A DNA stretch of 64,000 nt from an uncultured delta proteobacterium (GTDB taxonomy: Bacteria > Desulfobacterota > Desulfuromonadia > Desulfuromonadales > CAWBQR01). The stretch is taken from contig CAWBQR010000020.1 in the NCBI GenBank assembly GCA_963791005.1, positions 47,322-111,321 of the forward strand, read 5' to 3'. The position numbers and the translations under genes were made by a program. The notes below the pieces were generated by a model. That model worked only from the letters and a program-made list of their open reading frames with translations, was not told where the DNA came from and made no database searches. Shown here in pieces: positions 36,795 through 48,035 of this stretch (position 1 is the stretch's first letter; every line of letters starts with the position of its first letter).

Positions 36795-37379
36795 ATGAAA
36801 ACCATCGATTGCCGCGCCCAGAGATGTCCCCATCCGGTCGTCGAAACACGCAAGCTGATCCTCTCGGCCCCCGGCACCCCCCTCCAGGTCCTGGTGGGGG
36901 ACGAAACGGCGCGAGAGAACGTCTCGCGCCTGGCACAAAGCCAGGGGTATTCGGTGGAGGTTTCGTCCACCGAAGGCGGCTACGCTCTCGACCTCCAGCC
37001 TGGGCAGAAGAGGGAGGCGGCAGCACAGGGGCAGGCGGTTTCCGGAAACACCGTGGCCTTCCTGGCCTCGGACCAGATGGGCAGCGGCGACCCTGAGCTC
37101 GGCTACATCCTGATGAAAAACCTGATCTTCACCATGGCCGAGGGAGCCGAGCCGCCCGACACCATTCTCTTCGTCAACAGCGGTGTCCGGCTCGCAGCCG
37201 AAGGATCGGAGGTCCTTGATGCCTTGGATAAGCTCGCCTGCCAGGGGGTCGACATCGCCTCCTGCGGGCTGTGCCTCGACTTCTACAACTTCAAGGAGAA
37301 GCTGAAGGTCGGCCGGGTCACCAACATGGTGGAGATCCTGGAGACCCTGCAAAACGCCGGACGCATCATCCGGCCCTGA
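36795..37379 (+). CDS. yedF: Selenium metabolism protein YedF (TusA/SirA-like N-domain + DsrE-like C-domain)
   Basis: MKTIDCRAQRCPHPVVETRK (CPxP motif), then the DsrE-like part ...FLASDQMGSGDPELGYILMKNLI...ASCGLCLDFY. Sits directly upstream of tRNA-Sec. Confidence 0.8.
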   Translation: MKTIDCRAQRCPHPVVETRKLILSAPGTPLQVLVGDETARENVSRLAQSQGYSVEVSSTEGGYALDLQPGQKREAAAQGQAVSGNTVAFLASDQMGSGDPELGYILMKNLIFTMAEGAEPPDTILFVNSGVRLAAEGSEVLDALDKLACQGVDIASCGLCLDFYNFKEKLKVGRVTNMVEILETLQNAGRIIRP

Positions 37380-37402
37380 TTCCTCTTTCCAATCCAACCT
37401 CT

Positions 37403-37498
37403 GGGAGTAGTTCGTAGCCTGGTGGCGCGCCCGGTCTTCAAAACCGGTGGGAGGCGTATCCCGTCTCCGGTGAGTTCGATTCTCATCTACTCCCGCCA
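37403..37498 (+). tRNA. selC: tRNA-Sec (anticodon UCA), CCA encoded
   Basis: 8-bp acceptor stem GGGAGTAG/CTACTCCC; anticodon arm CCGGT-CTTCAAA-ACCGG; 7-bp variable arm GGAGGCG-tatcc-CGTCTCC; T arm GTGAG-TTCGATT-CTCAT; discriminator G + CCA. The D stem pairs imperfectly. Confidence 0.9.
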
Positions 37499-37554
37499 TT
37501 AAAAAAGTTCTTAAATAGCTGGGACTTAGCCTGCCATTCAGGCCTTCTTCTTGT

Positions 37555-37695
37555 GGTTTTACCACAGGAGAGGGCGAAAAGCTCGACGTCAAAGTCGTCT
37601 GGCTCGAAGTGCGCTCCATGCGCAACAAGTGGGCCTCCTGCTCGACCAGCGGACACCTGAACTTCAACGATGAGCTGCTCGCCTTCGCCCCCTCC
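37555..37695 (+). pseudogene. Remnant of a DUF45/YgjP-type (M48-like) metallopeptidase gene
   Basis: Only ~40 codons are recognisable: ...EKLDVKVVWLEVRSMRNKWASCSTSGHLNFNDELLAF (the ..M..RWGSCS..G.I.LN..L.. block). There is no start and the HExxH part is missing. Confidence 0.55.
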
Positions 37696-37865
37696 CTCTC
37701 GCAAAAATCCCCCTTCCTCCCCTTGACATCCGGTTCCCCTGCGCAAGAATTTCCGCATGCCCCGACAAATCACAAGAAATTTCCTTTCGTGCCTGGAATT
37801 TCTTTCCGGCACGGATTGAGGCTGGTTTCCACCAGGGGCCACATCTTCCGGGGAGACGGACAAGA

Positions 37866-38796
37866 ATGCCGGTTTCTTCACCTTTGCTGCCCGCATCGAC
37901 CCAGGCACAGGGCATCTTTGACCTGTTCCAGTTCGTCCTGATTGTGGCGATTGTCATCCTGCTGATCGTCGCGGGTTTGATTACCTTCATCATCCTGCGC
38001 TACCGTCGCCGCCCAGGCGACGGCCTCCCACGCCAGGACTTCGGGGACCCCCGCCTGGAGACCTTCTGGACCGTCATCCCGCTTATGATCGTGACCGCCA
38101 TGTTCTTCATGACGGTCCAGACCATGAACAGGGTTCATCCCCAGCCTCTCGGCCAGAAGCCGGAGCTCGAAATCGTGGCCCACCAGTGGTGGTGGGAGGT
38201 CCACTACCCGAAGTCCGGGGTCGTCACGGCCAACGAAATCCACATTCCCGTCAGGTAAAAACTATCCTGTACCGGCTTGACCTCGGCTGACGTGATCCAC
38301 GACTTCTGGGTGCCCCGGCTTGGCCCGAAAGATCGACGCGATCCCCGACGCATCCCAATTTTGCCTGGATTTCGGCCGACGCGCCGGGGACTCTACCTGG
38401 GCACCTGCGCCGAGTACTGCGGCGCCGAACACGCCTGGATGCGCATCCGGGTCATCGCCCAGACGCCGGAGGACTTCGCGGAGTGGACTGCGCATCAGCA
38501 GCAGCCCGCCGCCTCCCCGTCGGCGGCAGGCCACGCCGGGCGGGGAGCTGTTTCTGGAGCTTACCTGCATGCAACTGCCACCCATCGCCGGCACCAGCGC
38601 CAAGGCGACATCGGCCCCGACCTGACCCACCTCGGCAGCCGCCAGACCCTGGCTGCCGGGGTCTTGAAAATACCCCGGGCAACCTGACGCGCTGGCTCGC
38701 CGACCCCCAGACCATCAAGCCGGGCTGCAACATGCCCAACCTGCAGCTCGAGCCAGACGAGTTGAGCGCCCTGTCCGCCTACCTCGAGGAGCTGAA

Positions 38797-38800
<4 letters not shown>
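37866..38800 (+). pseudogene. ctaC: Cytochrome c oxidase subunit II fused to a cytochrome c domain (caa3 type); several frameshifts (as sequenced)
   Basis: TM helices and HQWWWEV (37866 frame); CuA region LTSADVIHDFWVP...YLGTCAEYCGAEHAWM (38277 frame); C-terminal cyt c part ...GPDLTHLGSR...NMPNLQLEPDELSALSAYLEELK (38483 frame). Confidence 0.85.
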
Positions 38801-40482
<1,682 letters not shown>

Positions 40483-41036
40483 ATGATGGACAAGAACAAG
40501 ATGGCGATGATCCTGTTCATTGCCTCGGAAGCGATCTTCTTTCTCGATGCTGGTCGTCGCCTACGTCTTCTTTCACCTCGGCCCGCAGACGGGGCCGCGG
40601 CGCCGCCGAGGAGCTGAATCCCTACAAGACCGGGGTCTTATCCGCCTGCCTCTTCTCCAGCAGCTTCACCATCTGGCGGGCCGGCTGCAACCGGGAGTCG
40701 AGCCGGCGGCGCACAGCTGGCTGGCTCATTGCGACGATCGTTCTGGGGATGGTCTTTCTGGTCGGCCAGGGGCTGAGTAGCGACGACCTGATCCACCGCA
40801 ACGTGACCATCAGTCGCGACCTGTTCGGCACAACCTTTTTCACCCTGACCGGGTTTCACGGGCTGCATGTCATCATCGGCCTGATCATGCTGAGGATCCT
40901 TCTGGGACTGACCCTTTTCGGCCGAGCCGAGGAGCCGCGCTGGGACGCCATGGAAAGCGTCTCGCTCTACTGGCACTTTGTCGACACGGTCTGGGTCGTC
41001 ATTTTCGCCGTCGTCTACCTATGGGCGTTTCTATGA
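40483..41036 (+). pseudogene. ctaE: Cytochrome c oxidase subunit III (possibly fused to subunit I); two frameshifts (as sequenced)
   Basis: MMDKNKMAMILFIASEAIFF.. then ..LNPYKTGVLSACLFSSSFTIW...TFFTLTGFHGLHVIIGLIML...LYWHFVDTVWVVIF. No unambiguous stop separates it from subunit I. Confidence 0.8.
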
Positions 41037-41913
41037 CCACGCTGGAACTCTTTCAAACAGCCTGGAGTTGGTATCCCTCGGTGATTGCCGGGTGCCTTCT
41101 TCTGCTCCTGTCTGTATCTGGCGGCCACCAGCCCGCTCTCGCCGTCCGCCTGCCGCCTGGTTCGGCGGGGGTGCTGGTGCTCTTTTGGCCCTGGTTTCGC
41201 CCTTCGACACCCTGGGCGACGACTATCTGTTCAGTGCCCACATGATCCAGCACCTGCTGCTGGTGCTGGTCGCCCCTCCGCTGCTGCTGCTCGGCATCCC
41301 CCGCACTTCGGCCCGCCTGCTGGAGCCCCGTGGATCGCCCGGCTCGAAGCGGATGCTCTCCCGGCCTCCGGTGGCCTGGCTGCTCGGGATCGGCACCTTG
41401 TGGATCTGGCATCTGCCGGTTCTCTACGCCGCCACCCTGGCGACGAGCGGATCCACATCGCCGAGCACCTGAGCTTTCTGGTCACCGGGGCTATTTTCTG
41501 GTGGCCGGTGCTCTGCCCGCTTGCCGACCATCGTCCTGCAGCCGGGACCGGCGATTATCTATATCTTCAGCGCGGGGTTGCCAATACCATCCTCGGGATC
41601 ATTCTGACCTTTGTCCCCGGTCGGGCTCTACCCGCGCTATCTGCACCCCGAGGATGAGCTGGGAGCCCTCTCCCTCATCCGACACGGCTGGGGGCTGTCG
41701 GCGGCGGCCGACCAGCAACTGGGCGGATTGTTCATGTGGGTCGGCGGCGGCCTGGTTTTTCTGGTCGCCATCTTGGGCATCCTGCGGCGCGGGTATCTTT
41801 CGCAAACGGCCGAAAATCCTCTATCGCCGCCCACCGGGGAAAGCGCTCCTCGACGTCGTGCGCCGAACGAGCCAGAAAACGGAAATCGGATAAACACGGA
41901 TAAAATCGGATAA
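41033..41913 (+). pseudogene. ctaG: Cytochrome c oxidase assembly factor CtaG (caa3/Bacillus type membrane protein); at least 4 frameshifts (as sequenced)
   Basis: MTTLELFQTAWSWYPSVIAGCLLLL; FDTLGDDYLFSAHMIQHLLLVLVAPPLLLLGIP; HIAEHLSFLVTGAIFWWPVL; DQQLGGLFMWVGGGLVFLVAIL. The fragments are collinear. ATG overlaps the ctaE stop (ATGA). Confidence 0.75.
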
Positions 41914-41916
41914 AGG
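41887..41916. repeat. Three tandem decamers CGGATAAANN
   Basis: cggataaaca cggataaaat cggataaagg. The 12-mer CGGATAAAATCG also occurs at 4759-4770. Confidence 0.85.
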
Positions 41917-41994
41917 CAAAGGCAGAAGCTGTATTTACAGCCTAACACTTTGGGCTATTGATCTTTGGTCTTTAACTCCGCGAAAATCCGAATT

Positions 41995-42008
41995 GATCAG
42001 ATCTGATC
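41995..42008. promoter_or_regulatory. Perfect 14-bp palindrome GATCAGATCTGATC upstream of the Rieske/cytochrome b genes (operator candidate)
   Basis: Direct reading; 41 nt upstream of ATG 42049. Confidence 0.35.
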
Positions 42009-42048
42009 CGCGTGCAAATGCTTTTTCTGATAGAAAAGGGAAAACGCC

Positions 42049-42297
42049 ATGAAGCAAGCCGGCACCGAATCGACGGAAGAAAACCGGGGCAGGAGAGGGG
42101 CCCTGCCTGAACCGACAGAGGAGTGGTCCGAGCCCCAGCCCGCCGCCATTCCGCCGCCGACCTACTGGCCGGTCACCCTGGCCTTCGGCACCACCCTCGC
42201 CGGGCTGAGCCTGGTGACTTCCTATTTGTTTTCTGCTCGTCGGCGTTCCGCTGATGATGCTGGCCCTGTCCGGCTGGGTCGGGAGTTGCGGCGATGA
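42049..42297 (+). pseudogene. Small membrane protein preceding the Rieske gene; frame disturbed near its 3' end
   Basis: MKQAGTES...PPTYWPVTLAFGTTLAGLSLVTSYLF, then a second hydrophobic segment (LLVGVPLMMLALSGWVG) readable only in another frame. Confidence 0.45.
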
Positions 42298-42820
42298 CGT
42301 GCCCCACTTCCGAATGGAACCAGGCCTCCCGCGAGGGGCAGGCCTCGCGGCGGAAATTTCTCACATTGCTGAGTCTCGCCCTGGGGGCGCTGGGCTCGAT
42401 GCTCGCCGGCGTGCCGGTGGTCGGTTTCGTGCTGGGCCCCATGTTTCGCAAACCGAACCGGAGCTGGGTGAGCATCGGCGCTGTGGACCAGTTTAACTCC
42501 GGCGAAACCGTGTCGGTCCGGTTTCGGGAACCGTCGGCGACCCCATGGGCGGCGCCACCGGGGAGACGGCGGCCTGGGTGCGGCGCGAAAGCCAGGGCGA
42601 CTTTATCGTTTTCGTCGTCAACTGTACCCATCTCGGCTGCCCGGTGCGCTGGGAGGCCGAGGCCAAGCTCTTCTTGTGTCCCTGTCACGGCGGCATTTAT
42701 TACAGCGACGGCAGGGTTGCCGGTGGCCCGCCGCCCCGTCCCCTGCATCGCTACAAAACGCGCATTCGCAGCGGTCAGCTGCAGATTCAGACCCGGCCGA
42801 TCCCGATCACGACCACCTGA
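42294..42820 (+). pseudogene. Rieske (2Fe-2S) protein of a cytochrome bc-type complex; one frameshift near 42540
   Basis: Tat-like SRRKFLTLLSLALGALG leader (42294 frame); cluster boxes CTHLGC and CPCHGG (42545 frame). Confidence 0.85.
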
Positions 42821-42851
42821 CTCGGCAGGGTAACCGCTCACGAGGAGAGGT

Positions 42852-44248
42852 ATGAGGATTTTGCGCCGCATGTGGCAGTGGCTGGATGATCGGACCGGCA
42901 TCGTCGCGCTTGTCAAGCCGCTGGCGGTCCATCCGGTTCCGCCGGATACGGGGTGGTCGTATATCTTCGGCAGCGCCATCCTGGCGGCGTTTGTGCTCCA
43001 GGTGGTGACAGGCATGGCGCTGGCGACCGTCTATGTGCCCTCCGCGGGCGGAGCCTACGAGAGCCTCCAGTTCATCAACAACCAGGCCGCATTCGGCAGG
43101 TTGCTGCGGGGGGTCCACTATTTCGGCGCCTCGGCGATGATCCTGCTGGTCGGCATCCATATGATCCGGGTTTTCCTCACCGGCTCCTACAAATTCCCCC
43201 GGGAGATGAACTGGATCAGCGGCGTCTTTCTCCTGTTTCTGACGGTGGCTCTGGGCTTCACCGGCCAACTGCTGCGCTGGGACCAAAATGCCGTCTGGAC
43301 TGCCGTCGTCGGGGCGGAGCAGGCGGGCCGCGTCCCGTTGTTCGGTAGCGCCCTGGGGCACTTCTTCATTGGCGGAAACCATCCTGGAAGTGCCACCCTC
43401 AGTCGCTTTTTCACGCTCCATGTCTTTGTCCTTCCGGCGCTTCTGCTGCTGATCGTCGGTTTTCACCTCACCATGGTGATCCGTAACGGAATTTCGGAAC
43501 CTCCCCACCCGGATCGTCTTGTCGACCCCGCCACCTACCGGAAGCAGTACCACGCCATGCTCGAGCGGGAGGGGGTGCCCTTCTGGCCGGATGCAGCCTG
43601 GCGGGATGCGGTTTTCGGCTTCGTGGTCATTGCCGGGGTTTTCATGGCTGCGGCCTTTTTCGGGCGCCGCCCCTCGACAAGCCGCCGAATCCTGCCACCA
43701 TCCAGGCGCTTCCGCGCCCAGACTGGTATCTTCTGTGGTATTACGCCGTACTGGCGCTTCTTCCCCACAAGGCGGAAAGTTACATCATCGTCTTCGGGCC
43801 GCTCCTCGCGGTACTATTTTTGCTGCTGTTGCCACTGTGGGCGAATCGGGGACACCGTCATCCGGGTAAACGCCCCTGGGCGGTCGGCAGTGTGCTGCTG
43901 ATCGTCGTCAGTATCGCAGCGCTTTGGTATGCGGGCATTCATGCCAACTGGTCTCCGCGCTTTGATGCCAAACCTCTGACGGACCAAATCATTGGGACCA
44001 CCAGCGGGCCGATTTACCAGGGCGGGCAACTCTTTTCCGAACGCGGCTGTCTTTTCTGCCACACCATATCGGGCAACGGCGGCAAACGGGGGCCCGACCT
44101 GACCGCGGTGGGCAACCGCCTGACGAAGGACCAGATGGTAATCCGCATCCTGAACGGGGGGTACAATATGCCCGGATACGGCGGAATTCTGGGGTCGGGA
44201 GAGGTCAAAAGCCTCGTCGCCTTTCTCCAGTCGCGAAAAAAAGACTGA
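42852..44248 (+). pseudogene. Cytochrome b fused to subunit-IV-like region and a C-terminal monohaem cytochrome c domain; one frameshift near 43655
   Basis: Cyt b N-part with FGRLLRGVHYFGASAMILLVGIHMIRVF and RFFTLHVFVLPALLLLIVGFHL. After the shift ...PDWYLLWYYAVLALLPHK..., then CLFCH haem site and NMPGYGG. Confidence 0.85.
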
Positions 44249-44482
44249 CTCTCGCAGCCTCCTCCCCGGGGGGGGGCGGCGCTCAACCGGCGTCCCCGCC
44301 TGCCGTCCCCTTTCCGGCGACACCCTTCGCCCTGCAGGGAGCAAGGCTGCATCTTCCGGCCGCAGACAGGGCAGAAGATGCCCCCTCTCCCGCCAAAACG
44401 GGCCCCGAATGCTTGTCTTTCTCGAAAAATCATGCCACTATACGCACCGTTAAAAATCTGACATGCACGAGGAGGAGATTTT

Positions 44483-45436
44483 ATGGATCGCAATCTGGCA
44501 CTGGAACTGGTACGGGTTACCGAGGCTGCGGCCCTGGCCTGCGGGCGGTGGGTCGGCAAAGGGGATAAAATGGCTGCCGATGACGCGGCCACCAGCGCCA
44601 TGCGTCGCACCCTCGACTCGGTGGGGATAAACGGGACGGTGGTCATCGGCGAAGGCGAGATGGACGAAGCTCCCATGCTCTACATCGGGGAGAAGGTCGG
44701 CAACGGCGCCCTGCCGGAGGTCGATATCGCCGTCGACCCCCTCGAAGGCACAAATATCTGCGCCAAGGGGACCCACGGGGCCATCGCCACCATCGCCCTC
44801 GCCCCTCGGGGATGTTTTCTGCACGCCCCCGACATGTACATGGAAAAGATCGCCGTGGGTCCCTCGGCCCGGGGCGCCATCGATATCAACGCCACCCCCG
44901 GCGAAAACCTCAAGCGGGTGGCCGAGGCGAAAAAATGCTACGTGGAGGACCTGACGGTGGTCATCCTCGACCGGCCGCGACACGAGAAGATGATCGCCGA
45001 GGTCCGCCAGGCCGGGGCGCGAATCCTCCTGATTCCCGACGGCGACGTGGCGCCGGCGGTGGCCGCCGCCGTCGAGGGAAGCGGGGTCGACATGCTCCTG
45101 GGCATCGGAGGGGCTCCTGAAGGGGTCCTGGCGGCCGCAGCCCTCAAATGCATGGGCGGCGACATGCAGGGACGCCTCGTTTTTTCGAGCAACGAGGAGA
45201 AGGAGCGCGCCCGGGGTATGGGCATCGATGACTTCGACAAGGTCTACCAGACCGAGGAGATGGCCAAGGGCGATGTCTTTTTCGCCGCCACCGGGGTCAC
45301 CAGCGGCGACCTGCTCCAAGGCGTTCGCTACTTCTCCGGAGGGGCGGAAACCCATTCCATCGTCATGCGGTCCAAAAGCCGCACCGTCCGCTTCATCAAG
45401 GCCCAGCACCAGTTCAATTTCAAACCGGTCTATTGA
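44483..45436 (+). CDS. glpX: Class II fructose-1,6-bisphosphatase GlpX
   Basis: 317-aa intact ORF; LELVRVTEAAALA..., VDIAVDPLEGT, LLGIGGAPEGVLAAAALKC. Confidence 0.9.
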   Translation: MDRNLALELVRVTEAAALACGRWVGKGDKMAADDAATSAMRRTLDSVGINGTVVIGEGEMDEAPMLYIGEKVGNGALPEVDIAVDPLEGTNICAKGTHGAIATIALAPRGCFLHAPDMYMEKIAVGPSARGAIDINATPGENLKRVAEAKKCYVEDLTVVILDRPRHEKMIAEVRQAGARILLIPDGDVAPAVAAAVEGSGVDMLLGIGGAPEGVLAAAALKCMGGDMQGRLVFSSNEEKERARGMGIDDFDKVYQTEEMAKGDVFFAATGVTSGDLLQGVRYFSGGAETHSIVMRSKSRTVRFIKAQHQFNFKPVY

Positions 45437-45491
45437 GGGGAGTCATCAGCCATTTTCCGGCTCAGGAGCCTCTCGGTCCCGATGAGTTTTC

Positions 45492-45528
45492 AGGGCAGAG
45501 GGTTAATCTGCCCTCGATTTGTCTTTTT
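45492..45528 (+). terminator. Terminator hairpin AGGGCAGA-gggttaa-TCTGCCCT followed by a T-rich tract
   Basis: Direct reading, 56 nt after the glpX stop. Nested inside a longer inverted repeat (45463-45479 / 45548-45564). Confidence 0.65.
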
Positions 45529-45666
45529 CGCAGCAGGTTCATGCCTTGGTCCGAGAGGCTCCTGGTCCCGCCCGCAAAGGGAAAATTAAGCCTTGTCAAG
45601 CAGGAGGCTGATTGTTAGAATTTTCACCATCTTTTTGAATTATCCGGCATACATTGGGAGAGACTC

Positions 45667-46494
45667 ATGGCGATCATCACAATCTCGCGAGAGATGGGAA
45701 GCGGTGGCATCCCCATTGCTCACAAGACGGCGGAAAAACTCGGCTATACCCTGATCGACGGGGAGGCCATTGCCAAGGTCGCCCCTTCCTACGGGCTGAC
45801 TCTGGAGGCCCTCGAAAAAGCCGACGAGAAGCCACCGGCATTCGTGGAGAAACTCGATGAGCAGAGCGAGGTGGACCTTCACCAGATCGAGCTGATCATC
45901 CTGGACTACGCACTCAAGGGCAACGTCATCATCTATGGTCGCGGTGGGCAGGACCTGCTGAAAAACATCCAGAGCGTCCTGCGGGTACGGGTCATCGCCC
46001 CGTTCGAACTACGGGTGGAACGCTGGGCCGAAAGGGAATGGCTCGACCCCGACCTGGCCCGGGTCCTGGTGCAGAAGAAGCGACCAGCAGCGCGCCGGCT
46101 TCATCAAATATTACTTCGACCGCGACTGGGAAGACCCCATCAGCTACGACCTTGTCATCAACACCGAACGCCTGTCCGAAGAGGCTGCCGTCAAAGTGAT
46201 CTGCGACGCCGTCAAGGACAAGAATCTCGTCGAGCAGAAGGGGCAGTCCAAGCAAATCCTCTCCGACCTCATCCTGCGGAAAAAAGCCGAGGTCGCCGTC
46301 CTTGCCTCGCCTGTGGTGGAGGCCCACCACATGGATATCGAAGTGGATGAAGAAAGGCCACCCTCTCCGGCCATGTCCACAGCGAGCAGGAGCGCCGGGA
46401 GGCGCTGCGGCTGGTGGGCAAGGTGGAGGGAATAAAGGACATCGTCGACCACCTCAAGGTCATCGAATACCGGACCTACCCCGGAGAGAGCTGA
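45667..46494 (+). pseudogene. Cytidylate-kinase-like (AAA) family protein with C-terminal BON domain; two frameshifts (~46083, ~46357)
   Basis: MAIITISREMGSGGIPIAHKTAEKLGY... ; after shift 1 ...QQRAGFIKYYFDRDWEDPISYDLVINTERL; after shift 2 ...TLSGHVHSEQERREALRLVGKVEGIKDIVDHLKV. Confidence 0.7.
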
Positions 46495-46526
46495 TCCCCG
46501 CCCGCTCGCCCCAACCGAAGACCTGG

Positions 46527-46560
46527 AAAACCGGCCCCCAAGGGCCGGTTTTCCTTTTTT
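46527..46560 (+). terminator. Rho-independent terminator
   Basis: CCGGCCC-ccaa-GGGCCGG followed by TTTTCCTTTTTT. Confidence 0.8.
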
Positions 46561-46661
46561 CCCGGGGGGAATGCGCTTGTCCGCCGGCACCCTTCGTGTT
46601 AACATGGGGCGCTTTCCCGGTTCACCGGGATTTCCATACGGTACAAGGAGAATTTTGAATC

Positions 46662-47409
46662 ATGGCAGGACACAGCAAGTGGGCGAACATCAAACACCGC
46701 AAAGGCGCACAGGACGCCAAACGCGGAAAGGTTTTCACCAAGCTCATCAAGGAAATCACCGTGGCGGCCAAGATCGGCGGGGGCGACCCGGAAGGTAACC
46801 CGCGCCTGCGCACCGCCGTCGATAAAGCCAAAGCCGAAAACATGCCCAAGGACACCATCGACCGGGCCATCAAGAAGGGCACCGGCGATATCGAAGGGGT
46901 GAATTACGAGGAAGGGATCTTCGAAGGATACGGTCCCGGCGGGGTGGCGGTCATCGTGGAATTCATGACCGACAACCGCACCCGGACCGTCGCCGACGTG
47001 CGGCACATCTTCAGCAAGCACAACGGCAGCCTCGGCGTGAGCGGCTCCGTCTCCTTCCTCTTCGATCGCAAGGGCCTGATCGCCTTCGACACGGAGAACG
47101 GATTTCGACGCCATCTTCGAAGCGGCCCTGGAGGCCGGCGCCGAAGACGTCAAGGACGAGGGCGATGCTTACGAGGTCATCACCGACCCCTCCGACTTCA
47201 TGGAGGTCCGGGACGTGCTCGCCGGCAAGGGGCTGAAATGGGAGACGGCCGAAATCACCATGCTCCCCCAGACCATGGTCAAGCTGGAGGGCAAGCAGGC
47301 CGAGCAGATGCTCAAGATGATGGACAAGCTCGAGGACAACGACGACGTCCAGAACGTCTACGCCAACTTCGACATCTCCGACGAGGAGATCGCCAGCTTG
47401 ATGGGTTAG
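46662..47409 (+). pseudogene. yebC: YebC/PmpR-family transcriptional regulator; frameshift near 47100
   Basis: [28 protein letters not shown]... The middle part [17 protein letters not shown] is readable only after shifting frame; the tail is in the 47200..47409 frame. Confidence 0.9.
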
Positions 47410-47415
47410 AAACCC

Positions 47416-47476
47416 GGTGACTGGTGACTCGCCGTCGTCTGGCGGCTATGGACGGGCAAGCTCGTGACTGGGGACT
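47416..47476. repeat. Heptamer pairs GGTGACT GGTGACT ... CGTGACT GGGGACT flanking a 33-nt spacer
   Basis: 47416-47429 and 47463-47476, between yebC and ruvC. Confidence 0.7.
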
Positions 47477-47500
47477 GTTCCGGTTCCAGAGACAGGCGAT

Positions 47501-48032
47501 ATGAGAATCTTGGGTATCGACCCCGGCACGCGGGTCACCGGTTACGGCGTGGTGGAAAAACGCGGGAATCGTCTGATCCATATCGATAACGGCGCCCTCT
47601 ACACCCGAAGCGGCGACGAACTCGCCTTTCGCCTCAAAACCATCCATGACGGGCTCTGTCCGAATCATCGGGGAATATACCCCCGAAGCGGTGGCGGTGG
47701 AACAGATTTTCGTCGCCAAGAACGCCCTCTCCGCCCTGAAACTGGGCCATGCCCGCGGAGCGGCGCTTCTGGCCGGGATGAACGCCGGGCTGCCGGTTTT
47801 CGAATACACCGCCCTGCAGGTGAAAAATGCCGTGGTCGGCTACGGCAGGGCGGCCAAGCTCCAGGTGCAGCAAATGGTCCGGGCGCTGATCAACCTCCCC
47901 GAAATCGCCCAGGAGGACGCCTCCGACGCCTTGGCCGTGGCCATCTGTCATGCCCACAGCATGGACCTCGGCAACCGGCTTCGGGCCTTCGAAAAGCGCA
48001 CGCTGAATCCCTTATCCTCCATTTCCGGCTGA
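47501..48032 (+). pseudogene. ruvC: Holliday junction resolvase RuvC; one frameshift near 47656
   Basis: [18 protein letters not shown] (catalytic D), then [22 protein letters not shown]...[14 protein letters not shown] in the 47646 frame. Confidence 0.9.
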
Positions 48033-48035
48033 CCG

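Noticed and set aside
37807-37823. Sigma54-like CGGCACGGATTGAGGC upstream of the oxidase genes
   Set aside because: GG/GC spacing is off by one and the -12 region (GAGGC) is poor.
37499-37866. Integrated mobile element at tRNA-Sec
   Set aside because: No integrase and no duplicated tRNA 3' end within the window; only the short DUF45 remnant. This is reported as a possible scar, not as an element.
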